DNA from: Bacteroidia bacterium
GTDB taxonomy: Bacteria > Bacteroidota > Bacteroidia > Cytophagales > Cyclobacteriaceae
NCBI GenBank assembly: GCA_031382175.1
Contig: JANMYO010000048.1
Span: 31,927-95,926, forward strand
Direction of reading: 5' to 3'
DNA length: 64,000 nucleotides
Shown: positions 48,516-58,314 of the stretch, piece by piece
How positions within the stretch are numbered: the stretch's first letter is position 1
How the letters are laid out: every line of letters starts with the position of its first letter
Notes under the pieces: model-generated
Databases searched by the model: none
What the model was told of the DNA's origin: nothing
What the model saw: the letters and a program-made list of their open reading frames with translations, nothing else
Position numbers and translations under genes: made by a program

Positions 48516-51311
48516 TTATTTAAAGAATTCGTCAAAAGTGAGTGTGATATAGTATTGCTGGCCCACATAAGGTGCGCCAAGGTTAGTACGATAGTCACCA
48601 CCTCCGATATTAGTTGCTCCAATTTTTACCATGGATTTAATGGCAGACATTTTGTAGTTAAGCTGAGCGTCCACTACACCAAATTCAGGTACTTCCCAAA
48701 CCCCAAAGGAGGATTCCCACAGATACTTATACTGCCATCTGTAGTTAACATTGAAGCCAAGGTTCTTGGTTATTTTTCTGTTACTCAGGCCGACACTGAC
48801 TTTATTCTTAGGTGTATTAAACCCTGCCCTGAAATCTACAGATTCATTAGCATCAAACGTTGCCCAGCTCCAGTTCCCACTCACAACAAAGTTTTTAGGG
48901 AGACTATAGGAAGCTCCTAATCCAACACCCATTGATGTGACTTTCTGTGTAGAGTTTGTATAAGGAGAGAATAAGGTGCCAGCTTTAACGGCATTACCTT
49001 GGTGAGTGGTAGCGTTCTTGGAAACCACAGGCTCACCTCCGATAAAGTTCTTATAGCTGGTGTAATAGCCACTCAGATCAATGAGTAGCTTCTTATTAAT
49101 GATACCTTTGTAGCCAAGCTCATAGGATTGTAACTGCTCGGGTTGCACATAGTCAAAGTCTGAAGTTTGTAAAAGACTTGCATTTCCACCTGTTGGTGCA
49201 CCTGTGATAGGATCTAAGCTCCCACCCGAAGCACGATAGGCATCATAAGATACTTTACTATAAGCGCCACCATTGTGAATTCCATAGCGCTCAGCATTGG
49301 CCTTTGTACTTCCTACGAGCGTTCCACCAGAAGAGGGGAAATAAATAAACTGAGCCTGGGTATCTGGATTTCTAAAACCAGTTTGGAAAGAAGCCCTGAT
49401 GTTTTGATCACCTGAGAAACTATAAACTGCTGAAATTCTAGGTGTCACTTGACCATCAAAGTTTTCGTTCTTATCATAACGAAGTGAACCCGTTAGTTTT
49501 AGAGCGTCTGCAAATGTCTTGGCAATCTGAGCATATCCACCAAATTCGTCAATTTTTATTCGCTTAAAATTTACTCCATCATCGGGCGCCTCATTAAAGA
49601 TGGTGCCTGAAGAGTATAAATCGTACTGACGGTAATTACCACCAACTTGTACTTCCGCCCACTTAATTTGATCAAAGAACTTATAGTTGAACTCTACATG
49701 TCTTAATTTTGAATTGTCTTTAAATGAAGATCCTCCAGCTGCTCCGACAGGGGTTGTTTGAAAGAAATTATCCCTAACCGCCTTAGCTTTGTCAATAAAT
49801 TCCTGGGAGCCTGGTGCAGGCCGAGGCGCTAACGGATTATTGTCTGCTGCATTTCTTGCGGCAGCATGTGCTTGCGTTACATCACCTGCAGTTACCCCCG
49901 GCACATATCCCTGAAGGGCGAGCACGTAAGTCTGGGCGTAAAGAGGTGCCCATTGCGCTGCTGTTGGACTGATTGTCTCATTTAAGTAAATTCCCAATGC
50001 ACCTAAGTTGTAAGATTTACCCGCATCTGTTGCAGTCTGATAAGCTCTAATAAAGAAATTGTCACCCTTCAATTCAAGTTTATGGAATTGCTGAGAGAAG
50101 TCACGCAGCGCATACTTTTCAGTTCCCTGATACACAGAACTTCCACCGCCATATCTGTAGTTATAGATGGCTTCGATTTTATCATTAATTCTATAATGAA
50201 GAGCGGCATCTCCCTTTATACTTTTCGCATCGCGATCATCTGAGTAGGCCTTCAACAAGTCTTCTTCTTTATAGCCTGTTCTTCTAAGATCCAGCGTACC
50301 GAAGGTACCTCCGATAGGAACGGGTATTGGAAACTCATCACCGTAAGTATTAAGCCCATCGAAGTTTGCCTTACTACTTAAGTCGGTCTTCGATTCAGGA
50401 TTATTCCGATCGGTTTTATAATCATTACCCAGCCAATCCGTTGCGCTCATGTAGGAGAAATTCAATTTGAAAGCAAATTTATTGTTGAACGCCTTAGCAT
50501 AGCGTATGCTGTATTGAGACAATGCATTTGATCCTCCTGCATCGGAACTGGTTTGTCCTAATTTAACTTGTGCACTTAGCCCTTGATATTCAAAGGGATT
50601 TTTACTTCTCATCAGCATAATACCATTAAATGCATTGGGGCCGTACAGCGCAGAGGCAGCGCCAGGCACTAATTCAACACTTTCAGCATCTAGTTCTCCA
50701 ATACCAATTAGGTTACCAGTTGGAAAGTTAAGTAAGGGCGCCTGGGTGTCCATTCCGTCAACCAATTGTACAAAACGAACGTTGGCAATAGTGGCAAAGC
50801 CTCTCGTGTTAAGTGAGGTTAAGTTTAAACTGCCAGAGTTAGCCTGAACTCCTTTAATGTTTGCCATGGCATCATAAAAGTCAGGAGTTGCAGATTGGCG
50901 AATGGCCAAGACGTCCATTTTCTCAATCGTCACGGGCGATTTCAAAATACTTTCTTCCACACGTGAAGCAGAAACAACCACTTCTTGTCCTAGCAGCAAC
51001 TGCTCTTCCATCACAAGGTCAAGGCCAGTTGTGTTCGCATCTTTTATTTCAATCTCCTGAGTTTTGAACCCAATGAAAGAGAATGAAAGCGTAAAAGGTG
51101 GAGACTGACTTACTTTAAGATTAAATTGGCCGTTGGTGTCGGAGATAGTCCCCGCAACACGGCCTTTGACTATGATATTTACACCGGCAAGAGTTTCACT
51201 GGTGGTTCCGTCTTTAACCGTGCCGGATACGGTACTCTGCGCCAGGGCAGTTGCTCCACCTACCAACAACAGGATGACAGGTAAGAACGCTTTTAAGTAG
51301 AACTTCTTCAT
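48516..51311 (-). CDS. TonB-dependent outer-membrane receptor with carboxypeptidase-regulatory-like N-terminal domain
   Basis: The ATG at 51311 gives the signal peptide MKKFYLKAFLPVILLLVGGATALAQ. It is followed by TVSGTVKD....LAGVNIIVKG, a plug domain, and a long barrel ending in an aromatic residue. Confidence 0.85.
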   Translation of the reverse strand: MKKFYLKAFLPVILLLVGGATALAQSTVSGTVKDGTTSETLAGVNIIVKGRVAGTISDTNGQFNLKVSQSPPFTLSFSFIGFKTQEIEIKDANTTGLDLVMEEQLLLGQEVVVSASRVEESILKSPVTIEKMDVLAIRQSATPDFYDAMANIKGVQANSGSLNLTSLNTRGFATIANVRFVQLVDGMDTQAPLLNFPTGNLIGIGELDAESVELVPGAASALYGPNAFNGIMLMRSKNPFEYQGLSAQVKLGQTSSDAGGSNALSQYSIRYAKAFNNKFAFKLNFSYMSATDWLGNDYKTDRNNPESKTDLSSKANFDGLNTYGDEFPIPVPIGGTFGTLDLRRTGYKEEDLLKAYSDDRDAKSIKGDAALHYRINDKIEAIYNYRYGGGSSVYQGTEKYALRDFSQQFHKLELKGDNFFIRAYQTATDAGKSYNLGALGIYLNETISPTAAQWAPLYAQTYVLALQGYVPGVTAGDVTQAHAAARNAADNNPLAPRPAPGSQEFIDKAKAVRDNFFQTTPVGAAGGSSFKDNSKLRHVEFNYKFFDQIKWAEVQVGGNYRQYDLYSSGTIFNEAPDDGVNFKRIKIDEFGGYAQIAKTFADALKLTGSLRYDKNENFDGQVTPRISAVYSFSGDQNIRASFQTGFRNPDTQAQFIYFPSSGGTLVGSTKANAERYGIHNGGAYSKVSYDAYRASGGSLDPITGAPTGGNASLLQTSDFDYVQPEQLQSYELGYKGIINKKLLIDLSGYYTSYKNFIGGEPVVSKNATTHQGNAVKAGTLFSPYTNSTQKVTSMGVGLGASYSLPKNFVVSGNWSWATFDANESVDFRAGFNTPKNKVSVGLSNRKITKNLGFNVNYRWQYKYLWESSFGVWEVPEFGVVDAQLNYKMSAIKSMVKIGATNIGGGDYRTNLGAPYVGQQYYITLTFDEFFK

Positions 51312-51434
51312 AAGCGGAAAGGTTAAGTTTTTTTTAAATCTACAAGATTTTTGCAAAAAACAAACGATTGTGAGAGCCCTTTTTTGCTATCGATTGAAAA
51401 AAAACAGAGCAAAAAAGAAGTGAAATTCTTGCTT

Positions 51435-51764
51435 TTAGGATTTGGATGCACTCACCATTTTCACCAGTTTTTCGCAAAGGGCATTCATTTCATTGGCCAT
51501 GACTTCATCGCCTGTAGAAGTAAGAGAACTTTGGGCTAACCCTCCGAGGCAATCAATATAAAAACGCCTCATATCTTCTACGGGCATGTCTTTGGTCCAG
51601 AGGTCTATACGTAGTGTATTTTTTTGTTCGTGGTCCCACAACGAGATGCTTATAGATTTTGATTCTGAAATTCCATCTGGTTTATCTGTTGCCTCCCAGG
51701 TGATTTTCTCAGGCACGTTATTGTCGTCTAGTTCAATGGAGAATTGGATGGAAGATTTTTTCAT
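51435..51764 (-). CDS. gldC: Gliding motility protein GldC
   Basis: The 109-aa protein has VPEKITW, SLWDHEQKNTLRIDLWTKDMPVEDM and related motifs. It closely resembles Flavobacterium johnsoniae GldC as I recall it. Confidence 0.8.
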   Translation of the reverse strand: MKKSSIQFSIELDDNNVPEKITWEATDKPDGISESKSISISLWDHEQKNTLRIDLWTKDMPVEDMRRFYIDCLGGLAQSSLTSTGDEVMANEMNALCEKLVKMVSASKS

Positions 51765-51791
51765 TTACTTTTTTCAATTATTCTTTTCCTG

Positions 51792-51974
51792 TCAAAGGAT
51801 CTTTTTCACTTTTACTACCTGACCGGAGAATGAATAGATTACATCAGATCTTTTCATTCGATCGCGAACTTTACGTGCAAAATCTAACCGCTCAATAGGG
51901 GAGAATCTTAGAAATGCTTCGTCCTTTTGCTTTTGTTCTTCCTCAAAAGTAGTTTTAACAACTTTGTTAATCAT
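51792..51974 (-). CDS. Hypothetical small protein (60 aa)
   Basis: ATG start. The first seven residues, MINKVVK, are identical to the ScoA N-terminus. The ORF lies between scoB and gldC. Confidence 0.35.
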   Translation of the reverse strand: MINKVVKTTFEEEQKQKDEAFLRFSPIERLDFARKVRDRMKRSDVIYSFSGQVVKVKKIL

Positions 51975-52001
51975 TTGCCAAAGTTAGAGAAGGTAGATGG
52001 C

Positions 52002-52658
52002 TTATAAAAGCATCTCAGGCACATCATTTTCAGCAATTAACTTTCCGGCAGTCGCATTTTTTATTTGCTCAACTGAAATACCCGGTGCTCTTTCAAGGAG
52101 TTTGAATCCTCCTGTCGGTAGCACATCCAACACCGCCATATCGGAAACAATCCTTCTTACACACCTTAATCCGGTGATGGGTAAGGTGCATTCTTTAAGA
52201 AGCTTAGAAGCACCTTCCTTACTGCAATGCTGCATGGCAACGATAATGTGCTTAGCCGAAGCTACTAAGTCCATAGCGCCTCCCATTCCTTTCACCATTT
52301 TACCAGGCACTTTCCAATTGGCAATGTCACCGTTCTCAGACACTTCCATCGCGCCAAGAATCGTTAAGTCAACTTTGCCGCTGCGGATCATTCCAAAACT
52401 TTCAGCTGAACTAAATAAGGCGGAGCCGGGCATCATGGTGATAGTTTGCTTTCCGGCATTGATTAAATCGGGATCAACGTTTTCTTCCTTGGGAAAAGGA
52501 CCGATTCCCAGCAATCCATTTTCAGATTGCAATACGACATCTATATTTTTAGGAATGTAATTGGCTACCAGCGTAGGGATTCCAATGCCAAGATTGATGT
52601 ACATCCCATCTTTTACTTCCTGCGCTATTCGCTTTGCGATTCCTATTTTATCTAACAT
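52002..52658 (-). CDS. scoB: 3-oxoacid CoA-transferase subunit B
   Basis: It has the SENG catalytic-Glu motif (QSENGLLG) and GMGGAMDL. Confidence 0.9.
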   Translation of the reverse strand: MLDKIGIAKRIAQEVKDGMYINLGIGIPTLVANYIPKNIDVVLQSENGLLGIGPFPKEENVDPDLINAGKQTITMMPGSALFSSAESFGMIRSGKVDLTILGAMEVSENGDIANWKVPGKMVKGMGGAMDLVASAKHIIVAMQHCSKEGASKLLKECTLPITGLRCVRRIVSDMAVLDVLPTGGFKLLERAPGISVEQIKNATAGKLIAENDVPEMLL

Positions 52659-52677
52659 AAATTGATTTGAAGATTAG

Positions 52678-52695
52678 CTGATTTGAAAATTTGAG
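52678..52695. repeat. Left arm of the perfect 18-bp inverted repeat bracketing the four-helix-bundle gene
   Basis: gctgatttgaaaatttga is the exact reverse complement of 53057-53074. Confidence 0.95.
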
Positions 52696-52697
52696 GA

Positions 52698-53045
52698 TTA
52701 AACTTTAGAGGAGCTAATTATCTTTGAAATTATGCGAATGATACTCCGTAATTCTTCTAACATTAATTCCGGATTAGCGTAATGCTCTGATTCTTTACAA
52801 AGCAAAAGCCAATATTCCGTTTCGTCCGCCTCTTTCGCGGCTATTTTGAATTTATGAATGAAATCTGCTTTGCTCTCAGCATTCTGCGCTTCTCTTACAT
52901 TGGCACCAATTGAAGTTCCTGATTTCAACAATTGTCTGGCGAGTACATATTTTTTGCTGCTTTCAAGCTTCTCGCAAAAATCGAGAATAGCAAGAGAGAA
53001 TTTAAAAGTAAGGTCAACAATTAGATTGTCCTTGTCATTCCTCAT
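52698..53045 (-). CDS. Four-helix-bundle protein (23S rRNA intervening-sequence protein / Avd family)
   Basis: LLKSGTSIGANVREAQ and KEADETEYWL motifs are present. I use the ATG at 53045; the track ORF begins at a TTG at 53060 that lies inside the inverted repeat. Confidence 0.85.
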   Translation of the reverse strand: MRNDKDNLIVDLTFKFSLAILDFCEKLESSKKYVLARQLLKSGTSIGANVREAQNAESKADFIHKFKIAAKEADETEYWLLLCKESEHYANPELMLEELRSIIRIISKIISSSKV

Positions 53046-53056
53046 CACTGATATTT

Positions 53057-53074
53057 TCAAATTTTCAAATCAGC
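53057..53074. repeat. Right arm of the perfect 18-bp inverted repeat
   Basis: tcaaattttcaaatcagc is embedded in an 8-nt-periodic array (atattttc aaattttc aaatcagc atattttc aaattttt) spanning 53051-53090. Confidence 0.95.
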
Positions 53075-53080
53075 ATATTT

Positions 53081-53779
53081 TCAAATTTTTGAAATAGTTC
53101 TTTGTTCAATCCTCTTTTCATAATTTTCGCCTTGAAAAATCCGATGAACATAGATTCCGGGTGTGTGAATCATGTTGGGATCAAGCTGCCCTACCTGAAC
53201 AAGTTCTTCTACCTCGGCAATGGTAATCGTTCCGGCTGAGGCCATCATCGGGTTAAAGTTACGCGCGGTGCCTTTGTAAATTAAGTTCCCTGTCGTATCT
53301 CCCTTCCATGCCTTAACGATTGAAAAATCAGCCCTCAACCACTTCTCCATCAGGTAAATTTTTCCTTCAAAAGTTCTTGTCTCTTTCCCTTCAGCGACCT
53401 CTGTACCGACACCGGCAGGAGTGAAGAAGGCCGGTATCCCTGCACCTCCGGCTCGCACTCGTTCTGCCAGCGTGCCTTGCGGAATCAATTCCACTTCCAA
53501 TTCACCAGAGAGTAATTGTCTTTCAAATTCGGCATTTTCTCCTACGTAAGAAGAGATCATCTTTTTTACCTGACGTGTTTTAAGCAAAAGACCAATACCG
53601 AAGTCATCTACACCTGCGTTATTTGAAATGCAGGTTAAACCTTTGATGCCCCTTCGCAATAGTGCCGAAATACAATTCTCAGGAATACCACATAGCCCAA
53701 ATCCGCCAAGCATCATCGTGACGTTATCTGGAATGTCTTTGACCGCTTCATCAGCATCTTTCACTACTTTATTAATCAT
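53081..53779 (-). CDS. scoA: 3-oxoacid CoA-transferase subunit A
   Basis: [22 protein letters not shown] and [11 protein letters not shown] motifs are present. Confidence 0.9.
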   Translation of the reverse strand: MINKVVKDADEAVKDIPDNVTMMLGGFGLCGIPENCISALLRRGIKGLTCISNNAGVDDFGIGLLLKTRQVKKMISSYVGENAEFERQLLSGELEVELIPQGTLAERVRAGGAGIPAFFTPAGVGTEVAEGKETRTFEGKIYLMEKWLRADFSIVKAWKGDTTGNLIYKGTARNFNPMMASAGTITIAEVEELVQVGQLDPNMIHTPGIYVHRIFQGENYEKRIEQRTISKI

Positions 53780-53809
53780 GACAGGTATTGATAAATTTTT
53801 AAAGTTAGA

Positions 53810-54745
53810 TTACAACTTCCCTTTCAACGCGATTAAAGCTAACTCCTTATCTTTATGAAGTTGAACTTTTAACTCTTCGAGGTCTTTAAATTTCGAATCT
53901 GTGCGGAGTAATTTTTCAAAAGATACCTTCAGTTCTTCTCCATAGATTTCTTTTTCAAAGTTAAAAATATTCACTTCAATGGATCTTTTGCTTCCATCGA
54001 CAGTTGGTCGATTGCCAATGTAGAGCATTCCGCCATACTGTGCAGTAGCATGGGTAACGGTTACCGCATAAATGCCTTCGGCAGGCACCAGTTTATAGTG
54101 GGAATCGATGTCAATATTTGCTGTTGGAAATCCTAAGACACGACCGAGTTTGTCTCCCTTAACAACACGACCAACGATAGAATAGGTTCGACCAAGAAAG
54201 TGTGCAGCTGTTTCAACGTCACCTTCTTCAAGAGCTTTTCTAATCTTTGATGAACTAACTCCAATATGATCAATATCCTGTCGGGGAATTTCTTCTACTT
54301 CAAATCCAAGAGTAGGGCCGTTGGCTTTAAGTTCCTCAAAACTTCCCTCACGATTTTTACCAAATCGATGATCGTAGCCAATTACCAGTTTGCGTGTGCC
54401 AATCCTGTTCACTAATATTTGGGTGATAAACTCCGCAGAATGAAGTTGCGAAAATTCTTTTGTGAAAGGTATTCGAATAAGGTGTTGAATTCCTTGTTCC
54501 TTCAACAGCTCCGCTTTCTCTTCAAACGTGTTGAGCAGTTTAAGAGCCCCATCATTGGGTTTCAGAACAAGCCTGGGGTGAGGCCAAAATGAAATAACCA
54601 CCGTTTCTCCAGAATTTTTAGAAGCGATTTCTTTTAGTCGTGAAAGAATTCGTTGATGTCCCACATGAACGCCATCGAATGTACCACTGGTAACCACTGC
54701 AAATTGTAGTTTAGTGAAATCATCAATGTTGTGATAAATTTTCAT
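53810..54745 (-). CDS. ribF: Bifunctional riboflavin kinase / FAD synthetase
   Basis: GTFDGVHVGHQ marks the N-terminal FMN adenylyltransferase, and the C-terminal kinase region has GFPTAN. Confidence 0.92.
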   Translation of the reverse strand: MKIYHNIDDFTKLQFAVVTSGTFDGVHVGHQRILSRLKEIASKNSGETVVISFWPHPRLVLKPNDGALKLLNTFEEKAELLKEQGIQHLIRIPFTKEFSQLHSAEFITQILVNRIGTRKLVIGYDHRFGKNREGSFEELKANGPTLGFEVEEIPRQDIDHIGVSSSKIRKALEEGDVETAAHFLGRTYSIVGRVVKGDKLGRVLGFPTANIDIDSHYKLVPAEGIYAVTVTHATAQYGGMLYIGNRPTVDGSKRSIEVNIFNFEKEIYGEELKVSFEKLLRTDSKFKDLEELKVQLHKDKELALIALKGKL

Positions 54746-54760
54746 GAGTCTTTCACAATT

Positions 54761-55417
54761 TCATATTGCCTGATCAACCTGTTCAACGGTCAAAGCATCT
54801 GCTAATTTAAACGTACCAATCCGGGTTCTGCAAAGTTCGGCAAGGTAGGCCCCAACACCCAAGGTATTTCCAAAATCTCTTGCTAAACTTCTAATATAGG
54901 TTCCCTTAGAGCAAACTACTCTAAAATGGATTTCAGATTTTTCAATGGAAACAATTTCAAATTCGCTGATGACAATTTCTCTTGCTTTCAATTCAACGTC
55001 TTTTCCCTCCCGGGCCAATTCATAAGCACGTTTCCCATCTATTTTTATGGCAGAGTGAAGCGGAGGAATCTGGCTAATAGTTCCAATGAACTGTTTAGCT
55101 GCAAATTCGATTTCATTGCTCGTAATATGACTGATGTCCAAAGCAACAGTTGGTTTAGTCTCCATGTCATAGGATGGCGTTGTCTGTCCTATGATAAATT
55201 TCCCAGTATATTCTTTCTCCATGGCCTGGTATTCGTCAATGCGCTTTGTCATTTTACCGGTGCAGAGAATTAATAAGCCAGTTGCCAGTGGATCAAGAGT
55301 TCCCGCATGGCCTATTTTTTTTATTTTAAGAATATGTCTCAACTTCTTCACCACGTCAAAGGAGGTCCATCGAAGAGGTTTATCAATGAGCAGGACCCTA
55401 TCTTCCGTGACTTCCAC
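54761..55417 (-). CDS. truB: tRNA pseudouridine(55) synthase
   Basis: LLIDKPLRWTSFDVV and the catalytic-Asp motif GHAGTLDPLATG are present. The GTG start overlaps the uppP stop by 1 nt. Confidence 0.9.
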   Translation of the reverse strand: MEVTEDRVLLIDKPLRWTSFDVVKKLRHILKIKKIGHAGTLDPLATGLLILCTGKMTKRIDEYQAMEKEYTGKFIIGQTTPSYDMETKPTVALDISHITSNEIEFAAKQFIGTISQIPPLHSAIKIDGKRAYELAREGKDVELKAREIVISEFEIVSIEKSEIHFRVVCSKGTYIRSLARDFGNTLGVGAYLAELCRTRIGTFKLADALTVEQVDQAI

Positions 55418-56229
55418 TAGACAATTGATAATTGGATACCTAAATAATAAAAAATAAGAATGAGTAGGCCAACAAAGATACGGTAGTAGCCAAAAACTCT
55501 AAAGCCATGTTTCGTAAGGAAGGTGATTAATGATTTAATCGCAAAGATGGCCACCACAAAAGCTACCACATTTCCGAAGAGAAGAATTTTTATGTCTTCA
55601 TTTTCAAAACTATTTCCGAGGCTATAAAATTTGTAAAGCTTATAAGCGGTGGCGGCAAACATGGTAGGCACTGCGAGAAAGAATGAAAATTCCGCTGCCG
55701 ATTGCTTGTTGAGTTTTTGTGTCAGCCCTCCAATAATGGTGGCAGCAGAGCGAGAAACACCAGGTACCATGGCGATGGTTTGGAACAAGCCTATTTTAAA
55801 GGCAGTAGGGTAGGAGATTTCAGTTAATCCGTCCTTCTCAGTTTCCTGGAACAATTTGTCAATAAACAAAAATAGAATTCCACCCAGCACAAGAGTGTAT
55901 CCAACAACATCAACACGCTCAAGTAACAAATCGATGTAATCATTCAGTAAAAGTCCTACTACTGCTGCCGGTATAAACGCAATCAATAGTTTGCCATAAA
56001 AGCTAAGTATTTGGTTTAAGTCTTCTACCGGTAGAAATTTTCTCCAGTACAAAACAATGACAGAAAGAATTGCTCCAAATTGAATTGATATTGTGAACGT
56101 CTTGGTAAAAGGCTCGGAAGCAATTCCCATAAACGAAGAAGCGATGATCATGTGTCCTGTGGAAGAGACCGGTAAAAACTCGGTAAGGCCTTCTACGATG
56201 GCCAGGATGAGTGCTTCAAAAAAGGACAT
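55417..56229 (-). CDS. uppP: Undecaprenyl-diphosphate phosphatase
   Basis: The [14 protein letters not shown] and [10 protein letters not shown] motifs of BacA/UppP are present. Confidence 0.92.
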   Translation of the reverse strand: MSFFEALILAIVEGLTEFLPVSSTGHMIIASSFMGIASEPFTKTFTISIQFGAILSVIVLYWRKFLPVEDLNQILSFYGKLLIAFIPAAVVGLLLNDYIDLLLERVDVVGYTLVLGGILFLFIDKLFQETEKDGLTEISYPTAFKIGLFQTIAMVPGVSRSAATIIGGLTQKLNKQSAAEFSFFLAVPTMFAATAYKLYKFYSLGNSFENEDIKILLFGNVVAFVVAIFAIKSLITFLTKHGFRVFGYYRIFVGLLILIFYYLGIQLSIV

Positions 56230-56239
56230 GAACGAATAG

Positions 56240-56446
56240 CTAAGATTTTTCTTTTGGCGTATGGAGAATGGCGAAAATCTCTACGATGAACCCCGAGATA
56301 ACAATAATAGGCCCTAAGGTGATTCCCATAAAACCAAATCCATGTTGCTCTTTATCCATCGCCATAATGGTGTAGCCCAAGGCAATGACAACCAGGCCAA
56401 TGACCATCAGCTGATAATTCTTTTTTCCGAAGGGGAGTTTGCTCAT
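56240..56446 (-). CDS. DUF3098-like small membrane protein
   Basis: A 68-aa protein with two TM helices, immediately downstream of ftsX as is common in Bacteroidota. Confidence 0.6.
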   Translation of the reverse strand: MSKLPFGKKNYQLMVIGLVVIALGYTIMAMDKEQHGFGFMGITLGPIIVISGFIVEIFAILHTPKEKS

Positions 56447-56447
56447 G

Positions 56448-57350
56448 TTAATACAATTCGTCCAGTGAAAGTTTTAGGTATTTTCGTACGGCCCGGTAGG
56501 TACTGATAACAGCAACCAACATTCCAACAATGATAAGTGCACCAAGTAATACGGTGATTCGATTAGAATTTTGAATAAGGCTGAGGTCTTCTATTCTTTT
56601 GTTGGCAAATGAAACCAATAGCATTAAAAGTCCTGATGCAATAATTCCTGCCAGTAGCCCATGAAGCGATGCTCTGAGGAGAAAGGGTTGTTGAATAAAC
56701 CAACGTTTAGCACCAACGAGCTGCATACTTCGGATCAAAAACCGCTGAGAGAATAGAGCAAGTCGCAATGTATTGTTGATTAATAAGACAACGGTTATCA
56801 ACAAAAGAGAGGCAATGCCTGCCAGAATGAGTCCAATTTTTGTCACATTCTTATTAATGGACTCAATTACATTCTCAACATAATACGCTTGAAACACACC
56901 ACTGATTTTTTCGACCTCTCCTTTAATCTTACTCATACTTGCTTTATCGTGATAGGCGGGGTCTACGGTGATTAAAAAGGCATCCCTCAACGGATTTTCT
57001 CCAAGAAATTTTTGAAAATCTTCACCCGTATCCTTAATAAATTGCCTGGCGGCATCCTCTTTTGAAATAAATTGAATTGATGCCTGGGGATTTTTTCTGG
57101 AAATGAAATAACGGGAAGATAGGTTTTTCTGAATCTGAAGATGCTGGGCTTCGTTGATATGGTTTTTAAGGTAGACCTGGATTTTAACGTTCTCTCTTAC
57201 CACACGTTCCAACTCCTTTGAATAGATTAATAGAAGGCCGAAGACACCAATCACAAATAGCGCCAGCGCAATGCTGAGCACAACACTGATATAAGGGTAG
57301 CTCCCCAATTTCTTCTTCCTGACTTTAAATTTGGGCTTTTCTGTGGTCAT
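56448..57350 (-). CDS. ftsX: Cell-division permease-like protein FtsX
   Basis: It has an N-terminal TM helix, a periplasmic domain and three C-terminal TM helices with the RSMQLVGA motif. Confidence 0.85.
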   Translation of the reverse strand: MTTEKPKFKVRKKKLGSYPYISVVLSIALALFVIGVFGLLLIYSKELERVVRENVKIQVYLKNHINEAQHLQIQKNLSSRYFISRKNPQASIQFISKEDAARQFIKDTGEDFQKFLGENPLRDAFLITVDPAYHDKASMSKIKGEVEKISGVFQAYYVENVIESINKNVTKIGLILAGIASLLLITVVLLINNTLRLALFSQRFLIRSMQLVGAKRWFIQQPFLLRASLHGLLAGIIASGLLMLLVSFANKRIEDLSLIQNSNRITVLLGALIIVGMLVAVISTYRAVRKYLKLSLDELY

Positions 57351-57403
57351 TCAGCCCCAAAGATAGCTACGATTTGATCAGGATTGAAAGGATATGAGTT
57401 TTG

Positions 57404-57440
57404 GAGAAAAAAAATATGCCAGAAGATCTGGCATATTTTT
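57404..57440 (-). terminator. Rho-independent terminator after the anti-sigma-like gene
   Basis: A 12-bp perfect stem (aaatatgccaga / tctggcatattt) has a 3-nt loop and is followed on the minus strand by a T-run. Confidence 0.8.
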
Positions 57441-57470
57441 CATTAACTGGATTGGGGCCTACTTCGTGGG

Positions 57471-58310
57471 CTATTGATTTCGATAGTCTTTTAATTTCTT
57501 AAGTAGTATTCCGTCACGTATAGGCTGAAGTGAAGTGATCTTCTTTTGCTTTTCATCCAACATAAAGTAATTGTCTTTGTAGAAAAGGAATACTGATTTC
57601 TTATCGCCATTGATTTCGAGAATCTCATAAAGCCCCTTATCAAAGGATCCATAGAGTAAAAGTTTGCCTTGTGTAAATTGATAGTGGAAGGAATACTTTT
57701 TGTTGGAAGAATCCATCGCTACTTCGATGTGGGAATTGGTAACGCCAGAATTGTTGTTTTGCCCTTTTACAATATCAGTAGAAGAATTTTCAACCAATTC
57801 ATCAGAAGGATCAGTCACTTCTATCTTGGGTTGATTTGGAGTGATCGGTTTTATTGATTCTTTTTTAACCTCCTTCTTCCTTATTTCTATTTCTGACTGA
57901 GCCTGGGCTGATTGCTTTTCTAACTCCTTATTTTCTATTACAGGAACGTCATCTTGTTGAATAGGGGCAGTAATTTCATTTTGTGTAATACTTACTTCTG
58001 GCTTCTTTTCTAACTCCTCAGGCTTCAAATAGAAATATAAAGCAGTTCCAACAAGAGCTGCTGTACCAACTATGGCAGCGAGTTTAGCTGCTGAAATTCC
58101 GGTTGTGTACCCACCTGAAATAGGGACATTATTAAGCATTGCTTTAAGCTCAGCCGCTCTGGCTTTCCTCACACTCCCAAGAATTTGCTTCTGCAATTCA
58201 ACGTCTGCCTTCAAGGCAGAATCGGAATTCATTTGTGCTTCAAATGAAGCTTTTTCCTGCTCTCCAAGACGATTGGTTAAAAAATCGTCTATTAATTCAA
58301 AATTGCTCAT
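57471..58310 (-). CDS. Putative anti-sigma factor / membrane protein
   Basis: It lies 4 nt downstream of the sigma factor gene. It has an N-terminal helical domain, one TM helix (LAAIVGTAALVGTALYF) and an extracytoplasmic C-terminal domain. Confidence 0.5.
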   Translation of the reverse strand: MSNFELIDDFLTNRLGEQEKASFEAQMNSDSALKADVELQKQILGSVRKARAAELKAMLNNVPISGGYTTGISAAKLAAIVGTAALVGTALYFYLKPEELEKKPEVSITQNEITAPIQQDDVPVIENKELEKQSAQAQSEIEIRKKEVKKESIKPITPNQPKIEVTDPSDELVENSSTDIVKGQNNNSGVTNSHIEVAMDSSNKKYSFHYQFTQGKLLLYGSFDKGLYEILEINGDKKSVFLFYKDNYFMLDEKQKKITSLQPIRDGILLKKLKDYRNQ

Positions 58311-58314
58311 ATTC

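Noticed and set aside
48306-48920. 204-aa plus-strand ORF spanning the junction of the SGNH lipoprotein and TonB-receptor genes
   Set aside because: It is antisense to two strongly supported minus-strand genes, and no motif was recognised.
51312-51434. Riboswitch (for example cobalamin) upstream of the TonB-dependent receptor
   Set aside because: No B12-box or other conserved riboswitch core is present. The region holds only an A/T-only stem (cttttttgc / gcaaaaaag), which probably relates to gldC termination.
51997-52560. 187-aa plus-strand ORF
   Set aside because: It is entirely antisense to the well-supported scoB gene, and the sequence is low in complexity.
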